The position numbers and the translations under genes are program-made. A stretch of DNA of 62,005 nt, the filler included, from Deltaproteobacteria bacterium (GTDB lineage: Bacteria > JAUYMQ01): the NCBI GenBank assembly GCA_030698575.1. It is 10 parts of 10 records of this genome, joined end to end, with 100 filler letters (N's around TTAATTAATTAA, not from the genome) between each part and the next. Parts side by side here need not be neighbours in the genome. Positions count along the whole stretch, not along the records: positions 1 to 3,461 come from JAUYMQ010000058.1; positions 3,562 to 13,903 come from JAUYMQ010000070.1; 8 more parts are not named here. The stretch is one strand, 5' to 3'. A model generated the notes under the pieces. That model was not told the DNA's origin and did not search any database. It was given only the letters and a program-made list of their open reading frames with translations. Shown one piece after another: positions 1-7,778 of this stretch. Position 1 is the first letter of the stretch. Every line of letters begins with the position of its first letter.

Positions 1-464
1 GCATCGGAAGAACCCGGTGCCCATGTCACCAGCGCGTCGGTGGTCGCATTACGGATGACCAGCGGCTCGTAGTACCAAAGTTTGATCGTGTAGATGGCAT
101 CGGGGTTTGGGTACAACAAGCCTTCCTCATCCGACAGAAACGCGATGTATTCCGGTTCGCCGCTTTCTGTGTTCCCCGAATCGTTCCACTACTCGATGGT
201 GTTGTAGTTGACAATCTTCAGCGCCCGATCATCAATCGCAGCCCGCTTCAATCGAAACGGCTTGAAGTTGTCAAGGCTGGAGCAGTCGATTGTGTCCGTG
301 CCGGAAACCGTCACCACGGTGTCATTGGTCTGCGTGCATCCGGTGCGCCGGACAAACTCGTGACCGGCAAAACGGAACGCACGGTCCAGCAGTTCATTGC
401 CGTAGGTTCCCGTACCCGTCACCATCGAACTTGTCATGGTGGATCGCATCTCGGATACGAGCAT
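1..464 (-). CDS. Phage head-tail adaptor/head-completion-like protein; in-frame TAG at 189-191; 3' truncated by contig end
   Basis: ATG at 464 after GGAGA RBS. The frame stays open beyond the TAG and reads WNDSGNTESGEPEYIAFLSDEEGLLYPNPDAIYTIKLWYYEPL, which has the G-P-Y...LYPxPDxxYTxxLxYY pattern seen in phage adaptor proteins. Lies downstream of the capsid gene. Confidence 0.6.
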
Positions 465-487
465 GTCGGTTCTCCAAAACATGGCCA

Positions 488-539
488 TTACGGGCGGGGA
501 CCGCGAGCACATCCATTCGCTCGCAGCCCCCACCCGCAA
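488..539 (-). terminator. 21-bp intergenic RNA hairpin (terminator/processing-site-like)
   Basis: On the minus strand UUGCGGGUGGGGGCUGCGAGC pairs with GCUCGCGGUCCCCGCCCGUAA. All four non-Watson-Crick positions are G-U pairs. No U-tract follows. Confidence 0.55.
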
Positions 540-552
540 CAAGAGGCCAAAG

Positions 553-1317
553 TTACTCGGCCGCGATCTTGCGACTGCCGACTTCCTTGCGCAAGTAGGC
601 GTGCTTGGCGGCAGCCGTGTCGGCTTGAACGCCCCAGTAGGGGATCAGGTCGATGGCCGTGGTCAGAGCGACGCCGACGCCCTTTTCCTCGCCGTTGACG
701 AAGAAATGAGGCTTGCGGTCGGAGTCAATGTGGACTTCCAGCACGTAGGTTGCATCAGCCGCAACCGTCACGCCGAGGTCGATCGTGTAGTCCGTACCGG
801 CAACCGAGTAGACGCCCTGGAACTTGTCATCGTTGGTACCGTCAGCGTAGCGGATGAACGCCTGATTGGCGTCTGTGGCCACAACGCTGGTGTTGGTCAG
901 CTTCAGACCGGCCCAAATCGTGGTGTCGGCGACGGACGAGCCGGTGGTCGTGCAGCAAGCCCACGCGGCTTCCTGATCCGTGCCCCACGTGGTCGTGGAC
1001 CACGAGGTCTGATTGCTGTCCAGGTGCGGCAGGATGATGACCTGATCGGCGCTCGCGCCGTCGGTTTCGCACTTGATGCCACCGCCGACAGCGAGCGTCA
1101 CGTCATCGCTGGATGCGTTGGTGCCAAGCACCTCGAAGTCCTTGTTGGCCGCGACATACGCAGCCAGCGCGGTCGCATCGTCGGCGTCGGGGTCTATGAT
1201 GATGACGGCATTGAGCGCGGGGGCGCGCTTGAAGTTTTCGACCAGCACGATGCGGTCGAGCGAGTCCTGCAACACCCGCAGGCGTTCGGACATTTGAGCG
1301 GTTCGCGTATGAGACAT
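553..1317 (-). CDS. Phage structural protein, beta-rich (lectin/ConA-like C-terminus possible)
   Basis: 254-aa ORF with AAGGAA RBS and TAA stop; T/A/D/G-rich; located in the capsid operon. Confidence 0.55.
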   Translation of the reverse strand: MSHTRTAQMSERLRVLQDSLDRIVLVENFKRAPALNAVIIIDPDADDATALAAYVAANKDFEVLGTNASSDDVTLAVGGGIKCETDGASADQVIILPHLDSNQTSWSTTTWGTDQEAAWACCTTTGSSVADTTIWAGLKLTNTSVVATDANQAFIRYADGTNDDKFQGVYSVAGTDYTIDLGVTVAADATYVLEVHIDSDRKPHFFVNGEEKGVGVALTTAIDLIPYWGVQADTAAAKHAYLRKEVGSRKIAAE

Positions 1318-1365
1318 AATGCTTTTCCTTTTCAGTTGGGTGCTATCTGTGTTCCGAACAAGCGG

Positions 1366-2955
1366 TTACGCCGCGTTGTCGAGGCTGTTGGTCACGGCGT
1401 AAACAACACGCACGCGAACATTCTGTCCCGCACCGCCGGTGAACTTCTCCGTCGCGGCAGTGTTGCCATCGGCCTGCAACCCGAAGATCGAGATGGTTTC
1501 GCCGCCGTTGACGGCCCAATCCGGGATCGTATCGACCTTCTGGTTCTGGGTCAGATCGGTCGTGTTGCCGTACTTGTCCTCGTCGCCGCCGTTGATACCG
1601 ATGCCGATCGCGGCAAGCAGGTTGTCGCCAGTGGTGTCGCCGGTGATGACGGCCTCAAGGTTCGCCTGCACCGACAGGATGACCGCACCGGCCGGGATGG
1701 CCAACGTGGTGTCCGTGAAGACGGCGTTGGTCAACTCGATCGTCTCGTCGTAGACCTTGATCTCAAGGCCCTCGGTCACCGTCGCGCCGAAGCGCAGCGC
1801 CACGGCCGGGGTGGCCGCCCCCGCTGTGACCTGGACCGCTGCATTTGCGGTTAGCACGCCTGTCAAGGTCACATCGGGCGTCAAAGTGATGACCTGCGTT
1901 CCGGTCGTGGTGTCGAACACAATCAGGTCGCCGGCCGTGTCCTCGATGCTCAAAGCGTCGGCGAGGTTGGTGACGAGCCGGATTTCGTTCGCGCCGGTCA
2001 CACCGTTGAAACTGATGATCTCACCGGCGAGGCTGTTGCCCGTCGGCAAGGTGATACCGTCCGCCGTAACCGTCGCCTCCGGAGTGCCTGCAACGTCGAA
2101 GCTGATCGTCGTCCCACCGGCGATATTGATGTGCCCGGTCGTACCGTCATGCGCGCCGATGGTCATGTAATCGGTAGCCGGGGTCGTGTTGCTGTGGATG
2201 TAGACCGTCGGATGTGTGTCGGCCCCGACGTTCCAGTCCGTCGCCACCGCGCCGTTGTCAGTAACGTGCAACGACTGATTGCTGTCGCCAAGGGCGACAA
2301 CCATCGTGTGGTTGTCGGCGTCGCCGGTGGACCATCGGATCAGGGCGTCGGCTCCGGTGCCGAATTGAATGTCACCCGCATCCTGTACGAGCACGTCGGA
2401 ACCCGACAGGATCGTGAACAGGTTGGCGGTGAATTGGAAGTCGTCTGCGCCGCTGATCTCAATGTCGATCTGATCGTCGGTTGAAGCGCTGATCGTCGTG
2501 TCGCCATCGGCATCGAGAATCAGGGCGTCCGCCGCGCCGTTCAGGTCCACGCTGGATACCACAGTCGGTTGGGCATAACCCCAATCGCCGCTCTGCGCGA
2601 TTGGAATCCAGTCGTGGTTTCCGTCGCATTCAAGCGTGATGCACTCGCCGATTTCGTTGGAACTGATGTCCGTGTCGTCGGCCTGTTTGGCGTTGCCGAT
2701 GTAGATCGCCCCGGCCGCACCGGGATCGATGTTCAACGTCTGTGCGGCCTGCACAACGAACGTGAACTGCACGCCCTTGTCGGCGTTCTGCGGAAGCGTC
2801 AGGGTGACGGTCCCGCTCGCGCCGAGGTTGGTGTGAACCGATCCGGTTTCGCCGACCCCCAACGTCTTGCTGGACGTATGGGCCGTCTGGAAGTCGCGCC
2901 GGTTCGTGGGGTAGCGCTTGAATTGTTGTTTGACAGGGTAGTTGTTCGTAGCCAT
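1366..2955 (-). CDS. Phage capsid fibre/decoration-like multi-domain structural protein
   Basis: Start MATNNYP after GGAAG RBS; 529 aa rich in T/G/D/A. Segments such as GTVTLTLP...GVQFTFVV, LILDADGDTTISASTDDQIDIEI and IPAGAVILSVQ resemble virion proteins. Directly follows the major capsid gene. Confidence 0.6.
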   Translation of the reverse strand: MATNNYPVKQQFKRYPTNRRDFQTAHTSSKTLGVGETGSVHTNLGASGTVTLTLPQNADKGVQFTFVVQAAQTLNIDPGAAGAIYIGNAKQADDTDISSNEIGECITLECDGNHDWIPIAQSGDWGYAQPTVVSSVDLNGAADALILDADGDTTISASTDDQIDIEISGADDFQFTANLFTILSGSDVLVQDAGDIQFGTGADALIRWSTGDADNHTMVVALGDSNQSLHVTDNGAVATDWNVGADTHPTVYIHSNTTPATDYMTIGAHDGTTGHINIAGGTTISFDVAGTPEATVTADGITLPTGNSLAGEIISFNGVTGANEIRLVTNLADALSIEDTAGDLIVFDTTTGTQVITLTPDVTLTGVLTANAAVQVTAGAATPAVALRFGATVTEGLEIKVYDETIELTNAVFTDTTLAIPAGAVILSVQANLEAVITGDTTGDNLLAAIGIGINGGDEDKYGNTTDLTQNQKVDTIPDWAVNGGETISIFGLQADGNTAATEKFTGGAGQNVRVRVVYAVTNSLDNAA

Positions 2956-2970
2956 TTCAATTCTTCCTTT

Positions 2971-3048
2971 CCCCGCTTCGCGGGGGTGCAAGTGCGCTAA
3001 GCCCCCGCCCGACCTTTCACCCGTTCGCGGGTGTCGGGCGGGGGGCTT
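2971..3048 (-). terminator. Two GC-rich hairpins downstream of the capsid gene
   Basis: AAGCCCCCGCCCGAC (2999-3013) and GTCGGGCGGGGGGCTT (3033-3048) enclose ACCCG-TTCG-CGGGT. A second hairpin, CCCCGC-TTC-GCGGGG, lies at 2971-2985. Confidence 0.55.
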
Positions 3049-3061
3049 GCAGGGCTGGCAA

Positions 3062-3461
3062 TTACGTGGTGGTCAGTCCGGTGACGACGCCGTTCAGGTA
3101 TGGAGCGCGGCAGGAGAAGCGGAACATGGCGTTGTAGCTGCCATGCTCGTACTTCGCGCCGCCTTCCTCCAGTTCCTTGTCGCGGAAACCGCTGAACTCG
3201 AAGTTCCCGCCCTCAGCCATCTCCATCAGGAACGTGTCGAGATCGAGACAATACATCGTGCCACTGGGACACTTGGCGTCCCACGTGTAGTACACGCTGT
3301 CGTGTTCGATCAGTTGGAAGCGGATGCCGGTCAGGCTGTGATTCGGCAAACCGCCGTTATGCACCATGATGCCACGCGCGTCCGCCTGCGCCGCCAGTTC
3401 ATTGAACAACTGCGGCGTAGTGATGAACACGTTGCAGCCCATGCCGTTGGGGTTCTTGTTG
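3062..3461 (-). CDS. Phage major capsid protein, C-terminal part (5' truncated)
   Basis: FITTPQLFNEL...WDAKCPSGTMYCLDLDTF...FSCRAPYLNGVVTGL resembles HK97-fold capsid C-termini. It is followed by hairpins and structural genes. Confidence 0.65.
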
Positions 3462-3577
3462 NNNNNNNNNNNNNNNNNNNNNNNNNNNNNNNNNNNNNNN
3501 NNNNNTTAATTAATTAANNNNNNNNNNNNNNNNNNNNNNNNNNNNNNNNNNNNNNNNNNNNCTGTCAAGCCGGCCCG

Positions 3578-3710
3578 CTTGTCATTGCGAGGAGGTCCGC
3601 AGGCCCGACGAAGCAATCTCCCGGCGGCTTCGAGGGGGATTGCTTCGTTGGGCATGTCGAATCTTCTCGGCCCGCGCTGCGCGCGGGACCTCGGGCCCCG
3701 CAATGACAAG
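3578..3710. repeat. REP/RPE-like palindromic element (GTCATTGCGAG...GAAGCAATC...GATTGCTTCG...CGCAATGAC type)
   Basis: 12-bp perfect terminal IR CTTGTCATTGCG/CGCAATGACAAG, plus an inner IR at 3603-3621/3635-3653. Confidence 0.75.
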
Positions 3711-3725
3711 AGGGCGGCGGAGGGA

Positions 3726-4121
3726 TCAGGCATCGACGACGGCGGCGGACGCCTGGATCTCGAGCTTGAGGGTCGGGAGGACGAGGGCGACGACCTGGAC
3801 CACCGTGCGGGCCGGGTAGTTCGCGGGGAAAAACTCCGCGAAAACCTTGTCGACGGCGGCCGTGTCGCGGATGTCGGTGAAGTATTGCGTGAGGTGAAGC
3901 ACGTTCTCGAGAGAAGAGCCCGCGGCTTCGAGCACGCGCTTCAGATTCGTGAAAGCGTTCCGCGCCTGCTCGGAAATATCATCCGGGATGGTCAGATCGG
4001 CGGCAATTCCGACCTGCCCGGCCACCTCCACCCGGCCTCCGGCGACGACCGCCTGGGAAAACTTGAAACGCTCGTAGATGGCCTCCGTGCCCGGGGGATT
4101 GATCCGCTCCAGCTTCGCCAT
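3726..4121 (-). CDS. RidA/YjgF/YER057c family protein
   Basis: FSQAVVAG, VAGQVG, EQARNAFTNL, YPARTVVQV, LEIQA motifs. Confidence 0.9.
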   Translation of the reverse strand: MAKLERINPPGTEAIYERFKFSQAVVAGGRVEVAGQVGIAADLTIPDDISEQARNAFTNLKRVLEAAGSSLENVLHLTQYFTDIRDTAAVDKVFAEFFPANYPARTVVQVVALVLPTLKLEIQASAAVVDA

Positions 4122-4166
4122 TATCTCCTCCTTTCCCGGACTCCCGTCCTGGGGACGTCCGTCTCA

Positions 4167-5186
4167 TCACCATTTCGCGTAGTGCCTCTCCGCGTAGCCC
4201 AGAATCCCGTCGACTGGAATTTCGCCGTCCGATTCGCTCCGGAGCCTTCCGTAGTAGCGCCCGAAGAGCTGGGTGAAGTTCGAAGCGAGAAGGCCGGCGT
4301 TGATGCGTTCCACGTGCTTCCCCTCGGACCTGAACTCAAGCTCTACGCGGTCATCGCGGGAAGCAAGCTTCCAGGATTTTTCCAGATCGAGCCGGTCGTA
4401 CTCGAAAGAGACAGCGTCGATCTTGTTCAGCCGCCCGTCCACCCAGAAGCAGTTTTCGGTGAAGCTCGTCTCGTTCACGCCGCAGGAAACGTTCATCCCC
4501 AGCATCCGCCCTCCCGCGGCTTCGCCCGCCAGGCAGCCCCAATTCCAGAAGGTCTCGCGCCGCATGTAGCCGGCGCTCCAGTCATGATGGCCGGCGGCGC
4601 CAATCCGCGCGAGATCAAAGCGCTTCCCCTCCCATTGAACACTTCCGGAAACGCCGAGCCCGGCGGTTTTTCGTGCATAGACCCAGCCGGTCGCTCCGGC
4701 CTGCGTGCAGATGAAAAGCGGGCTCATGGGCGGCCGCGCCTCACTGAAGCACGCATCGACCGCGACCTTGTTCCCGAGCGAGACAGTCAGGCGGCGTTCG
4801 GGAGGAGCGCCCTCGCTGCTCATCTCGAAGCGGTTCGCGCCGAACCTGAATGAGGCGCTGCCGGTTTCGGGGAACTGATCGATCCGCGTGCCGAGGGCGA
4901 GAGGGCTCTTGAAGCTGAACCCGGCGTAACGCCGGGTCTTCGGTTCGTAGAAATAGAGGAAGGCGCTGCCGAGGTATTTCACGTCGGCGATCGCGCAGCC
5001 GAAGACCAGATCCTCAGAGAGCGCGCCGAGAAACTGAAACTGGTTGAACGCGAAGTGCCGGCGGAGGCGCCCAACCGGTCGATCGAAGGGATCGGTGAGC
5101 CTGAAGTCGCGGTGGTTGATCTCATGCACGGGATCGGAGAAGACCCCGAAGCGGGCGTTGCCGTTCTCGTCGATCAGCCGGCTCAT
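4167..5186 (-). CDS. DUF2804-like conserved protein
   Basis: HDWSAGYMRRETFWNW, NETSFTENCFWVDG, ASNFTQLFGRYYG, AERHYAKW C-terminus. Confidence 0.75.
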   Translation of the reverse strand: MSRLIDENGNARFGVFSDPVHEINHRDFRLTDPFDRPVGRLRRHFAFNQFQFLGALSEDLVFGCAIADVKYLGSAFLYFYEPKTRRYAGFSFKSPLALGTRIDQFPETGSASFRFGANRFEMSSEGAPPERRLTVSLGNKVAVDACFSEARPPMSPLFICTQAGATGWVYARKTAGLGVSGSVQWEGKRFDLARIGAAGHHDWSAGYMRRETFWNWGCLAGEAAGGRMLGMNVSCGVNETSFTENCFWVDGRLNKIDAVSFEYDRLDLEKSWKLASRDDRVELEFRSEGKHVERINAGLLASNFTQLFGRYYGRLRSESDGEIPVDGILGYAERHYAKW

Positions 5187-6079
5187 TTTTGTCCCGCGAG
5201 GGCGCTGGTTCGTCCCGCGAGGGCGCTCGCGCTTCCCACGAGTGTGAGCGTCCCGTCGCTCTTCTCGCTCCAGACGGCGAGGTGAACGCGCCGGCCGAGC
5301 CCCTCGGGCGTCTCGCCGGTGATCGTTGCCCGGGTCGTGACCGTGTCGTCGGCCCTGACGATCCCCGTCAGGTTCACCGACATTCGACCGCCGAGGTACC
5401 AGCCAAGGCCGAAGCGGCGGGTCATCAGCTCCCCCACCAGGCAGGTGGAGAGCATCCCCTGGACCAGGACCTTCGGGAACCCGAGCTGCTGCGCCAGTTC
5501 CTCATTGGTGTGGTAGTTCTCGGACGGGCCCGAGAAGGCGCGGCTCATCTCGAGGGTCACTTTCCGCTCGAACGGTTCGAGACTCTCGCCGGCGATCGTG
5601 GACGGATGGGGCGGCCGCTCCTTTTTCTCCTTTGACTTGCGCTCCACGTCGAGGCCAGCGGGAGCATCGTCGAGAAGAAAGCTCTGATGGGTGCGGCCCC
5701 GGCAGCTGAGCCGGCCCTGGCCGTCGATCACGTGCGACTCGTTTACGATGTAGTCCCGGTCCCGCTTGATATACCGATCGACAACGGTACAGCGCGTCCG
5801 GGCCGTCTCGCCCAGGGCGATGGGCCGGAATATCTCCCACTCCTGCTTTGCATGAAGATTTCCGAAGACGTTCTCCAGATACCAGCCGGGGTGCGCGTAG
5901 ACCTCGTTCACGAGGATGAGAGAAGGCGCAATCGGCCCCTCACCAGGCGGACCCTCGGTGTAGAAGGGGTGCCGGTCGCCCGTGGCCGCGCCATATCTGT
6001 CGGCAAGGTCCGCGGTAATCGCGACTTCCTGCCCACCCAGGTCCTTCCCTACGTAAACCTCGTCTTCGGAAATTTTCAT
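5183..6079 (-). CDS. Double hot-dog MaoC-family dehydratase
   Basis: Two MaoC-like halves (ATGDRHPFY; NYHTNEELAQQLGFPKVLVQGM). ATG at 6079 sits 6 nt after a -10-like box. Confidence 0.8.
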   Translation of the reverse strand: MKISEDEVYVGKDLGGQEVAITADLADRYGAATGDRHPFYTEGPPGEGPIAPSLILVNEVYAHPGWYLENVFGNLHAKQEWEIFRPIALGETARTRCTVVDRYIKRDRDYIVNESHVIDGQGRLSCRGRTHQSFLLDDAPAGLDVERKSKEKKERPPHPSTIAGESLEPFERKVTLEMSRAFSGPSENYHTNEELAQQLGFPKVLVQGMLSTCLVGELMTRRFGLGWYLGGRMSVNLTGIVRADDTVTTRATITGETPEGLGRRVHLAVWSEKSDGTLTLVGSASALAGRTSALAGQK

Positions 6080-6085
6080 GGGCCC

Positions 6086-6115
6086 ATTAGATGGGGCGCT
6101 GCCCCGCGCTGTCAA
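6086..6115 (-). promoter_or_regulatory. Sigma70-like promoter, probably giving a leaderless mRNA
   Basis: TTGACA-N18-TCTAAT-N6-ATG with no SD sequence. Confidence 0.55.
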
Positions 6116-6132
6116 GCCGGCCGGGCCCGCAC

Positions 6133-6175
6133 GTCATTGCGAGGAGCGGCCCTCCTCGCCCCTCCTCGCTATGCC
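6133..6175. repeat. Short degenerate copy of the GTCATTGCGAGGAG palindromic element
   Basis: GTCATTGCGAGGAG...CTCCTCGCTATGCC hairpin. Confidence 0.55.
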
Positions 6176-6287
6176 ATGCGGCGTGAATAGGGCTTGACGG
6201 CGGTGGCTCGTTTTGGATTCATGCCAACCTGCCGCGCGTGCAGTGCTTGTACGATTTCACTCTTGAGATACTCTTTGGAGGCTTCCA

Positions 6288-6752
6288 ATGAAGCGCCTGT
6301 TTTCGCTGACCGTCCACCTCGTCCTCTTCTGCCTGCTCGTGGCCGCCCAGGCCGGCCCGTCGGCCGCCCAGGGGCGCGCGGACACCCAGGTGAAGATGGG
6401 TAAGAAGCTGTTCATGACCTACTGCAGCTCCTGCCACGGCGCCGATGCGCGCGGCGATGGCCCGGTCGCCGAGGCTCTCAAGGTTCGCCCCGCGGATCTG
6501 ACAACCATCGCGGCACGCCGCGACGGCGAATTTCCGGCGGCTGAGATTGCGATGTTCATCGACGGGAGAACGGTGATCGCATCGCACGGATCCCGCGAAA
6601 TGCCGGTGTGGGGCCAGCGATTCAGGGAAGAGCTGGGCAAGGACAGCGTGGCCGAGGAGATCACACGGGGGCGCATCGACGTGCTCATTGCCTACCTTCG
6701 GTCCATCCAGGCAATCGCCGAGAGCGCCGCGCCGCCGCCCGGAAAGCATTGA
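6288..6752 (+). CDS. Monoheme cytochrome c, secreted
   Basis: Signal peptide, CSSCH heme motif, PADLT, HGSREMPVWG. Confidence 0.9.
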   Translation: MKRLFSLTVHLVLFCLLVAAQAGPSAAQGRADTQVKMGKKLFMTYCSSCHGADARGDGPVAEALKVRPADLTTIAARRDGEFPAAEIAMFIDGRTVIASHGSREMPVWGQRFREELGKDSVAEEITRGRIDVLIAYLRSIQAIAESAAPPPGKH

Positions 6753-6758
6753 GATCGC

Positions 6759-7778
6759 TCAGCCTCCCTCGGGAAATACAACGTAGAAGAGGCAGTCGCT
6801 GAGCGCGATCTCGGGGTCGGTGGTCATCATGATCGGAATGATGTCGCGCCGGGTCTCGAGGATTTCCCCGCGGGCAGCGAACAGATCCCGCGAAACATCC
6901 TGGCCTTCGACTCCCACGGCCCAGAGCGGCCAGGCGCCGCCCGAGAGCCAGCCGACAACCGCGCCGCGCGGCATGGGTTTGAAGTTCTCGCCGTCGATGT
7001 CGCTGCGGATCGTGATGTCCGCGCCCGGCACCGGGGCGTCGCCGAACGCCATCCGCGCGCCGGTCCGGATGTTCACCCGGATCGGCCTTCCAACCACCGT
7101 GATCCCCGACACGGCCTCCCGTATCGGCTCCAGATCCCCGGCGCCCAGGTAGCGCTCCAGCCCCGCCTTCGCAAGCGCGTCGGAAGCTGCTTCCCCCGCC
7201 ATGCCGCACTCGATCACGACACTTGGAAATTCGTGCTCGGTCGCCTCAACGAGCGTGCCGAGACGCAGATCGCTGTGAACGTAGGCGCTTGCGAAGAGGC
7301 TCACGAGGTGAAGCTGGGGATCGGCAACGATCGTCCCGACGCCGTAGGGAGGCGTGTGCCCGGTGGTGTTGTGCACGTCGACGAGCGCCTCGGGCGCGGC
7401 GCCCCGCAGCTGATCAAGAACCTGGCCCGCGAGCGCGCGTTCCGCCTGCTCAAAGGGGGGCGCGAAGCAGCGGTTGAGATCGGGATGATCGGGCAGCGCG
7501 CGTCGGGAGAAAACAGGGGGCGAGAGGGCCGCTTCCACGGAACCGATGAAGGCCACCAGATCGACGGCGGGCACGAACCCCTCCCGCAACATCCTGTGCA
7601 GGGCACGAAGCCCCGACGGCTCGTTGCCATGAAGCAGCGTGGAGACGGCCCGGGTCCGCGCGCCATCCCGGCCGGGAACCCGCAGAATCGCGGGTCCGCC
7701 CAGCCAGCGGAGGAAATCCTCGGGCGTGTGGGGAATACGGTCCCGATCATCGATCTCGATTGCGCGAAGGCGGCTCAC
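6759..7778 (-). CDS. Succinylglutamate desuccinylase/aspartoacylase (M14-like) family protein
   Basis: LHGNEPSG, DLNRCF, DVHNT, IECG motifs. GTG start overlaps the upstream TGA. Confidence 0.8.
   Translation of the reverse strand: MSRLRAIEIDDRDRIPHTPEDFLRWLGGPAILRVPGRDGARTRAVSTLLHGNEPSGLRALHRMLREGFVPAVDLVAFIGSVEAALSPPVFSRRALPDHPDLNRCFAPPFEQAERALAGQVLDQLRGAAPEALVDVHNTTGHTPPYGVGTIVADPQLHLVSLFASAYVHSDLRLGTLVEATEHEFPSVVIECGMAGEAASDALAKAGLERYLGAGDLEPIREAVSGITVVGRPIRVNIRTGARMAFGDAPVPGADITIRSDIDGENFKPMPRGAVVGWLSGGAWPLWAVGVEGQDVSRDLFAARGEILETRRDIIPIMMTTDPEIALSDCLFYVVFPEGG

Noticed and set aside
436-1854. 472-aa plus-strand ORF and many other long antisense ORFs (e.g. 3579-4853, 17190-18665, 34345-35802, 54134-55675)
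   Set aside because: Shadow frames of real genes in GC-rich DNA; they lack motifs and RBS.
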